Program-made: the position numbers and the translations under genes
Shown here: positions 27,097-38,000 of the stretch, one piece after another
Position numbering within the stretch: the first letter of the stretch is position 1
Layout of the letters: every line of letters begins with the position of its first letter
Source: a virus
Reading direction: 5' to 3' (one strand)
IMG/VR virus record: IMGVR_UViG_3300045282_000084
Span: 1-64,000 of that record
DNA length: 64,000 bases
The notes under the pieces: model-generated
The model's input: the letters and a program-made list of their open reading frames with translations, nothing else
Databases searched by the model: none
What the model was told of the DNA's origin: nothing

Positions 27097-27741
27097 GGAA
27101 GACAAGAACACCTTCAACGCCGACAAGATGATGCTGGAGAACACCAGCCGTCAGATCGTAATCGGTGGAAAGACCTGGCATCCCGCCAAACGAAATGGGA
27201 ACGTCGCCAAGCGCATCGCTGAACTCGGCGACCCGCCCGATGGCGACGGCACCACCGCCGCTCTCACCGCCTCGATGGACTACCTGTACAAGAACATCGC
27301 CATCATGATTCAGAGCGAGGAAGGGGACCACCCTGACTTCGAGTGGCTGATGGAGGAGCTTGAGTGGAACGTCGCGCAGGACATGCTCGGGTTCTTGAAC
27401 CCTGACGCAGCCGAGGCGATCGCAGCGGCGACTGGCCCTCCTACCCCCCCGGTTCCAAGTCAGTCGCAACTCAGCGCGACCTTCAATACAGAATCCGCCA
27501 CAACAAGTCTCTCGCCGGGTTCTTCGAGCTGATGGCGATAGCTGCTCGCTATGGGCATATCTCACCGTTGGACTTCGAGCAGATGGACTTCGAGGAAGGA
27601 AAGCATGTAGCGGAGCGGTGTTTGGAAATGTTCCATGACGAGTGGGAAGCCGAGGCTGAACTTCTCAAAGAGTTGACCAAGGCTGAGATGAAGTCGCACT
27701 CTGACACGGTGCAGGCGATTGCAAGGGGGATGGCTCACTAA
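27083..27741 (+). CDS. tail assembly chaperones G/GT: 27083-27532 plus -1 frame extension to 27741
   Basis: Position before the tape measure; slippery C CCC CCG at 27445-27451; -1 frame open from 27406 to 27741. Confidence 0.7.
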
Positions 27742-30700
27742 GTGGCATTCTCAGATTATGTCCTGATTCGCTACCTGGCGACGTTCACCGACAACGCCTC
27801 TCGCCAGGCTGCCATTACGAACAAGCGCATCAGGGACGGTGCCACCGCTACGTCGGCCGCTCAGTTGTCGGCGTCACGGCAGACGGTGACGGGCCTGAAC
27901 AACGTCGCTCGCGCAGCCACCGCGTCAGGCAAGGCCCTCTCGACCTACGTGACCCTGCCAGTCCTGGCGGTCGGGGCTGCGTCGGTGAAGATGGCCGTGG
28001 ACTTCAACACGGCCATGACTCGCGTGCACGCCCTGACCGGGGCGAACGCCGCTCAGATCGACAAGTGGAGCAAGTCGATTCAGACCCTGGCCGTGCAGAC
28101 TGGCCAGGGTCCCAAGGCGCTGGCTGACTCGCTGTACTACGTCGCCTCCGCTGGCCTTGCGACCTCGCAGGTCATGCCGGTGGTCAGGGACTCCGCGAAG
28201 GCAGCGGCGACCGGCATGGGCGACGCCGCCGTCGTCGCTGACGTGCTTACCTCAGCCCTGAACGCCTACCGTGGTTCGGGACTGACAGCGAAGACGGCAA
28301 CGGACAATCTCGTCGCCGCGATCAAATACGGCAAGGGCGAGCCGACCGACTTCGCCACCTCGCTCGGTCGCATCATCGGCCCCGCCGCCCAGCTCAACGT
28401 GTCGTTTGGGCAGACCACGGGAGCGATCGCAGCCCTGACCAACCAGGGCCTGGACGCATCAGAGGCGGTCACTGGTCTGCGCCAGGTGTTCGTGGAGTTC
28501 CTCAAGCCCTCGGCGAATGCCACCAAGGTCTTGAAGTCGATGGGCTTCACCGCCGATGAGCTTCGCCTTGACCTGGCCAAGCCGAACGGGCTCATGAAAA
28601 CCCTGGCCCTGCTGCGCGTGCACATGGGCGGCCTCGGGATCGACACCAAGAAGCTGGGTGAGATCACCAAGACGAGCGGTACGGCTGCGGGTCTGGCCTA
28701 CATCTCGAAGAACTCGAAGTCGCTGTCTGACTCGATCGCTGGGGTGTTCCCCAACGTGCGTGCCCTGAACGCCTTCCTGCTCTTGACGGGTAAGGGTGCC
28801 GCCAAGGCTGGACAGACGATCAGACAGGTCGCCCACGACAACACCGCGCTCAACAAGGCATTCTCGACCACGGTGCAACAGTCGGCATCGTTCCGCCTGC
28901 ACCAGCTCTGGGCAACTGTGCAGGTTGATCTGATCTCGTTTGGGAATGTCGTGCTTCCAATCCTCGACAAGGTGGCGATCAAGCTGACGGGCTGGTTCAA
29001 GGCGCTCGCACATCTTTCACCAGGAACGCGCACCTTGATCGTGGAGGCGGGGCTACTCGTCGCGGCGCTTGGTCCGATGTTGTACATCTTCGGCTCGATA
29101 CTTCTCGTCGGAACAGCCGTTGGGTCGTTGTTCCTCGACATCCCCATCGCAATGGCGATAGCGACGGCAGCGTTCCTCGCTGCGGGGTTGACTGCAAAGA
29201 ACGGCCTTGCGCATCCGCTCAACCTCGTCCATCAGATCATCGGCACCTTGAAGAAGGATTGGCCGACGATCAAGAAAGATGCGACCTCAGCGTTCACGAT
29301 CATCGGGCGAGTTGCGGCGGACACCGGGCATATCGTCATCGACTTCTTCAAGATGATCCACGACTTCTACACGGGCGACTGGAGCGGACTGTGGCAGAAC
29401 GCCGAGGGTGTGCTCAACCACTTCGGCGACATCGCGAGCATTGTGTTCAAGGGTCTTGAGCGCCTCGTCCCCGATGCGATCAAAGCTATGACCGCGAGCT
29501 GGCAGAACGCAGCCACAGCGCTGGGACTTCTAGCCGTTGCCATGATCAGAATCAAGACCGTCAGCATCGGCTCCTTCCTGGGTGGCGGTGGTGGTGGAGC
29601 AGCGGTCGCAGGTGAAAGCGGCATAGCTGCCCAGTTTGGTGCAGGCTTCGGAGCTTCGCGATTGGGCGGTGGGATCGCACGGCTTCGTCGTGGAGGATTG
29701 ATCCCTGGATTGACGAGGAGCATCTACCAGGATGCGATCGAAGCTCAGTCCGCTCGCAACCTCGCAAGCAGCGGGGTTGTAGCCAGCGGGCTCACCAAGG
29801 GCGCACCGCGACTGTTCGCTGGTGGTGGGGCTGTCGCAGGGGCTGCGGTCACGGCGGAAAGTGCGGCGGCGTTCGGGGCTGTCTCGAACTTTCAGAAGCT
29901 CCAGGCAGTAGGCAAGACAGTGCTCCCCACTCTGGGAGCGATCGGCACAACTCTGGGCACGGCAGGGATTGCCGGTGCGGCGATCGCCGCTGGGGTCGGG
30001 ATCTACTTCCTGGTCAAGGCGCTCACTGGTGGAGAGTCAGCTACGCAGAAGATGCACGACCAGCTCATGAAGCTGACCGACACGCAGGGGTCTCTTAGAC
30101 GATTAGCTGGGTCGGTGGGGCCGATGGCGCTCCAGCTCCAGAGCAGCCGTCTCAACTTGAAGGATCTCACCAATCAGCTTTCTGAGTATCGACAGGAGCT
30201 TGCAAAGGCGAAGCCTCACACCCAGGAATACCAGCAACTCCAGCTCCAGATTTCTGAGACCACCAATGCGCGCGCCCAGGCGATGGCGTCCCTACGAACG
30301 CAGACCTCCCAGTACAACAAGGAGCTGTCGGCTGAGATTTCCCGTGGTGACGCACTCCTGCGACAAGAGCGCACCACGACGGTGGGCCAGGTCGTGGGTC
30401 AGATTGGCGGGAGCAATGGTGCCACCCGCGGTCTCGTGCAACAGATCCTCCGTCGAATCCAGAGTGGCAGTCAGAACGCTGGTGCGCTATTCGGCCGATT
30501 CTTCGGAGGCCCACTCGGCGCGAAGCAGTCTCAAACGCTTGGTATCTCGAAGGATGACATCCGCAACCTGATCATCGCCGTTCAGCAGAACGCTAAACTC
30601 AAGGGCACCATCGACGCAATGAGCAGGGCGTACCAGCAGATGCGCATTGCTGGTATCGATCCCGCCTCAAGAGCGATGGGTCGGCTGCGCAGGGAGATCA

Positions 30701-33408
30701 CTCTGGCAGCCGCGCAGCACTTCAACCTGTCTGTACCCGGAGCGCTCGCGTTGTCGAAGGCGTCGGGTCAGCCCGTCACTGCTGAGTCTGCGGCTGCGTT
30801 GCAGAGCGTGGGGGGAATCTCCTCTGGCGTGATCCAGCTCGGCCGAATGCTCCAGGCGATCCCCACGGTGAAGCAGATCAGGTTCGTCTCGAACCTGCCC
30901 CAAAGTGAGCTGCCAGCCCTACGCGAGTTCGCCCACATTACGCACACGCTGCCTACTCGCCAGGTGCTGACGATGGCCGTCAACGCTGGCCCCGCGTCCC
31001 TGGCTGTGACGGCGTTCATCGCCAAGAATGAGAAGCGCCTTGAAGGCTTCAAGGCCAAGAAGGTAGACAAGATCGTCGGCGATGTGGTCAACCGGTTGAA
31101 GGACGTGCCCAAGCAGGCTATGGCCGAGATCACCCGCATCATCGAGAAGACGGGCAAGCTGCCTGCGAGCATCGACAAGATCGTCGCTCGCGTCAGGGCT
31201 GCGAACAAGAGGTTGGCGACGGATCAGGCCACGTTTGTGCGCGACCAGGCCATCGTCGCTGCTCACCCTGGGGCTGCTGGTGATAAGGCTCTCGGGCTTG
31301 GAGCCTTGAAGGCTCGCATCGCGCGGGAGACGGCAGCTCAGAATCAGGAGACAGCCAAACCGAAGAATCGGATCAAGTTCCACATCTCCTTCACGGGTGC
31401 GGGTACCAGCGGTGCGGCCGACAAGTCCCTGGCTGCCAGCCTGACCGCCACGCTCAATCACGTGAGCACCCAGGTCTCCAATCGAGTTATCAGTCAGCGC
31501 CTGTTCAAGCCGGTAGGAGAGTCGATCCCGCAGGGCGTGGCCGTAGAGATCGACACCTCCAAGTCGATCACGTTCATGGGCCACCACATGATGAACGCTC
31601 TGGGCACCGACGCCAACAGCGGTCTGTTGGGACGGACGATGAAGGGCATCAAGGCCGGGTCGCCCTCACAGCTCTGGGCGAGTACGGTGGGTCAGGCGAT
31701 CACCGCTGGGATCGCCGTTGGTCTCAGTTCCGCCCAGGCCGCTGCGGGCCTGAACAGCGCCTTGAACGCGGTGCTCCAGGGTGCGCTGTCATTCGCTAAG
31801 GCCCACCTCAAGATCAGCAGTCCATCCAAGGTGGCTGATGAGCGGATCGGCTATCCGATCGCCCAGGGGATCGCGCAGGGGATTCGACGCGGCAAGGGCA
31901 TCATCGGCAAGGCTGTTGAGCAGGTGGTGCAGCATGCGGTGTCGCAGTCACGGGGAGCGATGGGCGGTAGTGGTGGCGGTGGTGGGTTTGCCGGGTCAGC
32001 CGCCGCAGGTGCAGCCCAGCAGTACGCGCGCAGCAAGATGAAGCAGTTTGGTTGGGGGCCAAGTGAGTGGGGGCCATTGCAGGCGCTGTGGGAGCGCGAG
32101 TCGGGATGGAACTATCTGGCGAAGAACTCGTCGTCGGGCGCATACGGCATCCCTCAGTCCTTGCCCGCGAGCAAGATGGCCAGCGCCGGTAGCGATTACC
32201 TCACCAACTTCCGCACTCAGATCAACTGGGGTCTGGGTTACATCCACGGTCGCTATGGCTCACCCTCAGCGGCATGGGCGCATGAAGGCCAGTTCAACTG
32301 GTACGACATGGGTGGAGTGGTTCCGGGTCGAGGGCCGCAGATGGCCGTGGTGCACGGTGGGGAGACCATCCTGCCTACCCACAGGCAGGATGCCAACGTC
32401 GTTCACCACATCAAGAACGCCGTCATCCACGCACACAACCTGACCATCCCCAAGCAGTCAGCGATCTGGATCGAGAAGATCCTGCGCGCGTTCGGGTTCT
32501 ACGTCGCCAACCCAACTCAGACGGTCGCTCGCATCAAGGGCGACATTGCCAACATCATGACCCACACCAAGCTGGATGCTCGACAGAAGCAGGAGATCGC
32601 ACACTTCCAGTCAGAGTACAACGCCGAGCTGTTGAAGAAGGCGACCACACCCGATCAGAAGTTAGCCAAGCAGGGTCGGCTTGCCAGCATCCAGTATTCG
32701 ATCTCACGGGTCGAGGGCCAGACTCAGCTCACTCAGATTCAGCAGAACGAGCTGACCAAGTACCAGGCCGAGTTGAAGAAGGTGCTGCGACAGGAGCGGA
32801 TTACCGAGATGCTGCGCCGCTTCATCGCCGCTCTCCAGAAGCACACACTCGCTCACATGGAGGCCGTGCGGCACACGATCGAGGACAACATCGCGCGGCT
32901 GCGTAAGGGCGGTGTCACGCCGAGGGAGAAGGCTGAGATCAAGATCCTGGAGGCGCGGCTGGCTGCTGTTGATGGCGTCATAGTTCAGCGCCTGCGTAAG
33001 CAGACCAACACGCTCAACTACCTGCTGACTCAGGCCGACCAGGGGCTGACGAACCTCCAGCTTCGACAGCAGCTCCAGGGCATCGACCAAACCCAGGCTG
33101 GGCAGGCTGCGCAGGCGGCATACATCAAGAAGAACATCATCCCCAACCTGGAGAAGCAGCTCAACGTGCTGAAACAGCAGGAGAAGGCTGCACGCGACAT
33201 TCACAACAAGGCACTGGCACGCAAGATCGCCGAGGAGATCAAGGCCAAACTGGGCGACATTCTCCAGGCCCAGCTCGACGCGCAGAACGCAATCAAGGCC
33301 GCCACGCAGGCCACGCAGGATGCGCTTGGAGGTGGAACGACGATCACCTTCGGCTACCAGAATCAGCAGTGGACAACGGGCCAGGTTGCCCTCGGGACAG
33401 GCGCATAG
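27742..33408 (+). CDS. tape measure protein (TP901-like core) with an SLT/lysozyme-like domain at ~32020-32305
   Basis: YVTLPVLAVGAASVKMAVDF..AM..V.ALTGA core; A/G-rich helical repeats; LWERESGWN..A.N.SSGAYGIPQ.LP...QINWGLGYI.GRYG. Confidence 0.93.
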   Translation: MAFSDYVLIRYLATFTDNASRQAAITNKRIRDGATATSAAQLSASRQTVTGLNNVARAATASGKALSTYVTLPVLAVGAASVKMAVDFNTAMTRVHALTGANAAQIDKWSKSIQTLAVQTGQGPKALADSLYYVASAGLATSQVMPVVRDSAKAAATGMGDAAVVADVLTSALNAYRGSGLTAKTATDNLVAAIKYGKGEPTDFATSLGRIIGPAAQLNVSFGQTTGAIAALTNQGLDASEAVTGLRQVFVEFLKPSANATKVLKSMGFTADELRLDLAKPNGLMKTLALLRVHMGGLGIDTKKLGEITKTSGTAAGLAYISKNSKSLSDSIAGVFPNVRALNAFLLLTGKGAAKAGQTIRQVAHDNTALNKAFSTTVQQSASFRLHQLWATVQVDLISFGNVVLPILDKVAIKLTGWFKALAHLSPGTRTLIVEAGLLVAALGPMLYIFGSILLVGTAVGSLFLDIPIAMAIATAAFLAAGLTAKNGLAHPLNLVHQIIGTLKKDWPTIKKDATSAFTIIGRVAADTGHIVIDFFKMIHDFYTGDWSGLWQNAEGVLNHFGDIASIVFKGLERLVPDAIKAMTASWQNAATALGLLAVAMIRIKTVSIGSFLGGGGGGAAVAGESGIAAQFGAGFGASRLGGGIARLRRGGLIPGLTRSIYQDAIEAQSARNLASSGVVASGLTKGAPRLFAGGGAVAGAAVTAESAAAFGAVSNFQKLQAVGKTVLPTLGAIGTTLGTAGIAGAAIAAGVGIYFLVKALTGGESATQKMHDQLMKLTDTQGSLRRLAGSVGPMALQLQSSRLNLKDLTNQLSEYRQELAKAKPHTQEYQQLQLQISETTNARAQAMASLRTQTSQYNKELSAEISRGDALLRQERTTTVGQVVGQIGGSNGATRGLVQQILRRIQSGSQNAGALFGRFFGGPLGAKQSQTLGISKDDIRNLIIAVQQNAKLKGTIDAMSRAYQQMRIAGIDPASRAMGRLRREITLAAAQHFNLSVPGALALSKASGQPVTAESAAALQSVGGISSGVIQLGRMLQAIPTVKQIRFVSNLPQSELPALREFAHITHTLPTRQVLTMAVNAGPASLAVTAFIAKNEKRLEGFKAKKVDKIVGDVVNRLKDVPKQAMAEITRIIEKTGKLPASIDKIVARVRAANKRLATDQATFVRDQAIVAAHPGAAGDKALGLGALKARIARETAAQNQETAKPKNRIKFHISFTGAGTSGAADKSLAASLTATLNHVSTQVSNRVISQRLFKPVGESIPQGVAVEIDTSKSITFMGHHMMNALGTDANSGLLGRTMKGIKAGSPSQLWASTVGQAITAGIAVGLSSAQAAAGLNSALNAVLQGALSFAKAHLKISSPSKVADERIGYPIAQGIAQGIRRGKGIIGKAVEQVVQHAVSQSRGAMGGSGGGGGFAGSAAAGAAQQYARSKMKQFGWGPSEWGPLQALWERESGWNYLAKNSSSGAYGIPQSLPASKMASAGSDYLTNFRTQINWGLGYIHGRYGSPSAAWAHEGQFNWYDMGGVVPGRGPQMAVVHGGETILPTHRQDANVVHHIKNAVIHAHNLTIPKQSAIWIEKILRAFGFYVANPTQTVARIKGDIANIMTHTKLDARQKQEIAHFQSEYNAELLKKATTPDQKLAKQGRLASIQYSISRVEGQTQLTQIQQNELTKYQAELKKVLRQERITEMLRRFIAALQKHTLAHMEAVRHTIEDNIARLRKGGVTPREKAEIKILEARLAAVDGVIVQRLRKQTNTLNYLLTQADQGLTNLQLRQQLQGIDQTQAGQAAQAAYIKKNIIPNLEKQLNVLKQQEKAARDIHNKALARKIAEEIKAKLGDILQAQLDAQNAIKAATQATQDALGGGTTITFGYQNQQWTTGQVALGTGA

Positions 33409-33455
33409 GCACCATGCCACGTGGGTCGGAATGGGAGACTCCCAGATGAGCGAAG

Positions 33456-35024
33456 ATGACGTATAGCCCAGCAGGAAGCGGTCAGCTCCTCATTTACCGG
33501 CTGCGGTTGCCCACTATCGACAGCAACGTGTCTGAGTCGCTGGGCGATGAACTTGAGAGCGTTGGTGGTGGGCTGACGCGCATTGGCCGCGCCTTCCCCG
33601 TGACCGTCACCGTGCGCGGTATATCTTCTGATCTCCCCGATCCCTACACCGCTGGGCAGAGACTTCGCCGCCAGCTTCGTTCGCTGATGGAGAACACCGC
33701 GTTCAAGAACGGCGGGATGTATCTCAACTATCTGATCGACACCGAACTCTCCGGCTTCTTCCTGATCGGCGGTGTTGATCTGCTGTACTCGGACGGGGGC
33801 TTCACCCTGGCTGACTATCAGTTGACGCTGCGTGATGCCCTGCGCATCGGCGGAAAGGCCACACACCGGTCGGGCCGCAGGTTCACCGTGCTCGACCGTC
33901 GCCTACTCGCGACACCGCTCGACTACCGCTGCCTGGTCTACACGGTCTCCTACGCGCTCTACCCTGGCGTGCCGATTGTGTGGCTGCCCTACAACGTGTC
34001 CGACATTCGCGCTACCACCAGACAGCGCTTGGTCCCCTCACCAACCGGCACCTACACGCCCATCGATGGGTCAAGCAGTATGCAGACCGTCCAGCCCATC
34101 GACACGTTGGCGGTATCGTTTGACCACGCTGATGCCGACCAGCTCACGGGCCAGGTCGTCGCCTACGACCGCAAGGGCATCACAGCCCCCACCCTCACCG
34201 CTGCTGGTGATGCCGACTCTCAGGGCGTGTACGGGTGGGAGGAAGTTTACGGGTCGATCTACCCCTACACGGCTGGCGATGTGCCGGTGCTGGCGAACGG
34301 CATCTGCCGGGTCAGATACCTGTCCTCGGTCTCGGGTCTCGTGGTCGAGTGGAACAAGAACACCACCGCGGTCGCCTACACGGAGATGTGCAGAGTGCTG
34401 TTCTACGAGGAGCTGGTGGGTGGCCCTGCGCAGGTAACCACTCTGCTGTCGGCGGAGGTGTGCGAGTACAGCGACGATCGAGCGGTTGTGAAGATGAGCC
34501 TGGGAGTAACCAACACCCAGGACATCTACATTAGCTTGCAGCGAGGATGGTCGGGGCCGAGGATTCAGCAGTACACCACCACGGCCAGTGAGGGTGCGAG
34601 CCTGTATCTGATCCCGTTCAACTCGGGTGCAACCACGATCTCTTACCGCCACAATGGTTCCACCACCACGATTGCCACGACTGCGACGCTGCTCGATTAC
34701 CAGACTGCCTCGGTTGGCGACGAGCCGTGGGTGAACCTGGCCCCGGTCAACACCTCCGTGAACATGGTGGCCACCGTCAACCAGACCGGCATGGTGATGA
34801 CGGCGGTGGCCGACACGATTGCCTACGGCGCGACCCGGAACGGCGTGATCGTCAAGACGCCCTACAACGCAGGCACGAACCCGCAGCCGGTGCCATACTG
34901 GAATGCGGCCAAGTTGGAGTTCTACCCTTCGGCTTCGGCTCTGCTTGCGACCTCGCAGGGATTCGCGGGCAACGCCATGTTCGATGCTCGCGCCTATCGC
35001 ACGGTGATGTCTCGTGTCCCCTGA
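33456..35024 (+). CDS. minor tail protein (distal-tail position)
   Basis: First gene after the tape measure; beta-rich. Confidence 0.6.
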   Translation: MTYSPAGSGQLLIYRLRLPTIDSNVSESLGDELESVGGGLTRIGRAFPVTVTVRGISSDLPDPYTAGQRLRRQLRSLMENTAFKNGGMYLNYLIDTELSGFFLIGGVDLLYSDGGFTLADYQLTLRDALRIGGKATHRSGRRFTVLDRRLLATPLDYRCLVYTVSYALYPGVPIVWLPYNVSDIRATTRQRLVPSPTGTYTPIDGSSSMQTVQPIDTLAVSFDHADADQLTGQVVAYDRKGITAPTLTAAGDADSQGVYGWEEVYGSIYPYTAGDVPVLANGICRVRYLSSVSGLVVEWNKNTTAVAYTEMCRVLFYEELVGGPAQVTTLLSAEVCEYSDDRAVVKMSLGVTNTQDIYISLQRGWSGPRIQQYTTTASEGASLYLIPFNSGATTISYRHNGSTTTIATTATLLDYQTASVGDEPWVNLAPVNTSVNMVATVNQTGMVMTAVADTIAYGATRNGVIVKTPYNAGTNPQPVPYWNAAKLEFYPSASALLATSQGFAGNAMFDARAYRTVMSRVP

Positions 35025-38000
35025 TGTGGTCGGATCTCGGCTCGACCTCACTCTGGTCTCGCCGCAACTGTGTCGCCTTCGGCTGGTGCAGCGGATGGTC
35101 GCTACTCCATCGCCAGGATTCCCTGTCTACCAGGTCCTGAACAGCGCATACCAGCAGCAGGATTCGCTGGGTGTGAACGGGCCGCGCGGATTTTCTTCAG
35201 GGTCATACACCGATCAGCTTCAGCTTGAGGGCAGCTTCACGCTCAACTTCCCCAACAGTGAAGGGGAAGATGGAGTCTTGCACCGCCACCGCTTCATGAT
35301 TCTCACCTATCCCGACTATCACGTTGGCGATGAATGGTTCGAGATTTGGCAGGAGGAAAACCTACTGTTCGTTGGCACTCCCACTGGATGCCAGATTGAC
35401 GATCAGAACATTCAGATCACAGGCGTCGATGGTTGGTGGCTGCTGAACAAGGTCAGGGAGACTGCCGCTGGTGTATGGTGGCATGCCCCCAGGGATGTCA
35501 TGGCTCGGTACTCGCAGGCGTGGGTGGGCCTTGTCGCCGACAACATGATGGGACATCCGTGGGTGTTCAGCTCTGGTGCTGCACAGAACGACGGCAACTG
35601 GCGGTACACACGCGCCGAGCAGTATGGAGAGGGCGTCAGGCTGCGTCCGAATCTGCCCAACACCGTCGCAGAGGTGTGTTACACGCCGCAGGTCCTGAAC
35701 GCGGGCACCGGGCCAACGCAGAAGGACTGGTCGGTCGAGTGGGACTTCACGCGCTCCGATCTTTACACGCCAGCCACCGTGCCGACTTCTGATGGGGCGA
35801 CGACCGCCAGCTACATCCGCATTGGGTTCTACCTGAACTCAGTCGCTTCTATCACCAATGAGATTTTCGAGCTGACGATCTCTGAGGGAACGATCTTTGC
35901 TCGCTCCGGTCAGCCGAACACTCCTAACGCTTCGTGGAAGATCAACACGAAGATCAACACTCAGGCCACTGGCTTGCAAACGGTCAAGTTCGAGCAGAGA
36001 GACTACTGGATGTACATCTATACCAACACAAACTTGATCGCCTGCCTACCGATGCACGCTGCGAACGGTCAGACACTGCTTCCGTATCAGACCAGCTTTC
36101 TTCTCCCGTTCTTTCGATTGTATGCAGCCAACCTGAATGGTGGCGACGAGTGGGCGGTGGTGCAGAACTTCACCGTTCGTCAGTCGATGCCACTTCTCCA
36201 GCGCCACGGTGATGTGTCGGCAGTTCAGAACATCACGATCACGGGTGCTACCGGTGGTACATACACCATCTCGTACAAGGGCGCAACATCAGGAGCGATC
36301 GGCTTTGCCACCAACCCCTCGGCTCTCGTGAACGCCATGTCCACCATCACCGCCGATGGCGGGGTGACTGTGAGTGGAACGAGTGCGAACTGGGTCCTGA
36401 CATGGACGAACCCAGGGCAACGATCAGCCTTGATCGCCACGTCTTCGTTGACCGGCGTCACTCCCACGATTGCGATCTCCTATGGCGCAAGCGCAGTGGG
36501 ATCGAGCGCGTTTGGCTCCGCTTCCACCGATACCGGAGACCTGGTACTGCCGGGCAGTTACCCACCAGATGGCATCACCGGTTACTACGAGGACTGCTCA
36601 GACATCGTGAATCTCGCTGGCGACGATGCCACCGATCAGACGCACATGCAGACCCTGAATCCGCTACGCCAGCCGTACGCGGAGCGGGTTGACAGAAGCA
36701 TCTTCTTCGGTCAGTCAGACCATCTGATCGGGGGAGGTTGGCAGCCTGATGGCCCTGTGGGAGACCAGGATTTCGCGGTGCGCTGGGTCGGTTCGATCTA
36801 TCTTGACACCAGCAACGCCGACTATGTGCTGCGCTTCTCGGGTGGCCGCTATCGAGTGTGGGTGGGCAGCACCCGTTTCCAGGATGCTCTACTTGATCAG
36901 TGGCTCGGAGGGATTCCTGCCACCAATCAGGTCAGCCAAACAGGATGGTTGGTAGGCACGAGCATCAACAAAGGACCATTGTACGGCCAAAAGTCTGGCT
37001 TCTTCCCAGTGGTGATCGAGTGGTTCGAGTCCGACTATCCGCCTCAGCTCACATACCAGTTTGGGTCTTTCGGAGGCCCGACCTTCTACAGTTCCTCGGC
37101 CTGGTTCATTCCCGGCTCAGTCCTGTATGGCCCGTTGCAGTTGACGCGAGCCAACCTCGTTGGCTACTGGCCAATCAATAGCGGCATGATCGGCACAGGT
37201 GGTGGGCTCAACGACGAATCCGGGAATGGAAACGGCTTTGGGTTCGTTGGCAGCACCGCGGTTCACACACGGTGGGATAAAGGCCCATTTGTCGGCACTA
37301 TCGCTCAGAACTTCAACATTGACGGCGCCCAGTCACAGTATTTCTCGACTACCTTCAATGCCAATCTGAACCCCGTCAATAGCAAGTTCACCATCACGGC
37401 GTGGATCAGGCTCAACGGTCCCGCTCTTGGCAACACCAACATCATCATGCAGAGTGCGAGAGCGACATCTGGCTACTCGCTTTCGATCAATACGTCTAAT
37501 CAGCTCCAGTGTGTCACCAACAACGCATCGACTCTTGCTGGCACGACCACGTTCGTCGCCAATGTCTGGTACCACGTGGCGGTCACCTACGATGGTTCCG
37601 TAGCCCGGCTGTACGTCAACGGCATCCTTGAGGCTGGCCCTACCGCCATGACCTACACGGCGAACACCCTGGGAGACACCAGAGTCGGCGCTGGTGGCCT
37701 GTTCGGCTCGACCCCCTGGACGCCGAGCGGAGCCTTCGAGGGCCGAATCTCCAACCTGGTCTTCTACAACACGATGGTCTCCGCGGCCAACATCCTTGCC
37801 GACTACCAGCAGCGGTTCACCGTTGACCCCGTAGCACTGTCGCCACTTGGGGTCTACAAGGCCAACATCCGCCTGGATAGCCACTACAACCAGGTGCAGA
37901 CCCTCTTGCAAGCGTTCGGGCATCAGATGACGTGTGCGCCTCGGGCATTGGAAAGTGGGGAGTTCCCTGGCGTTCTCGCCCCCCATGTTCGGGTAGGCCG

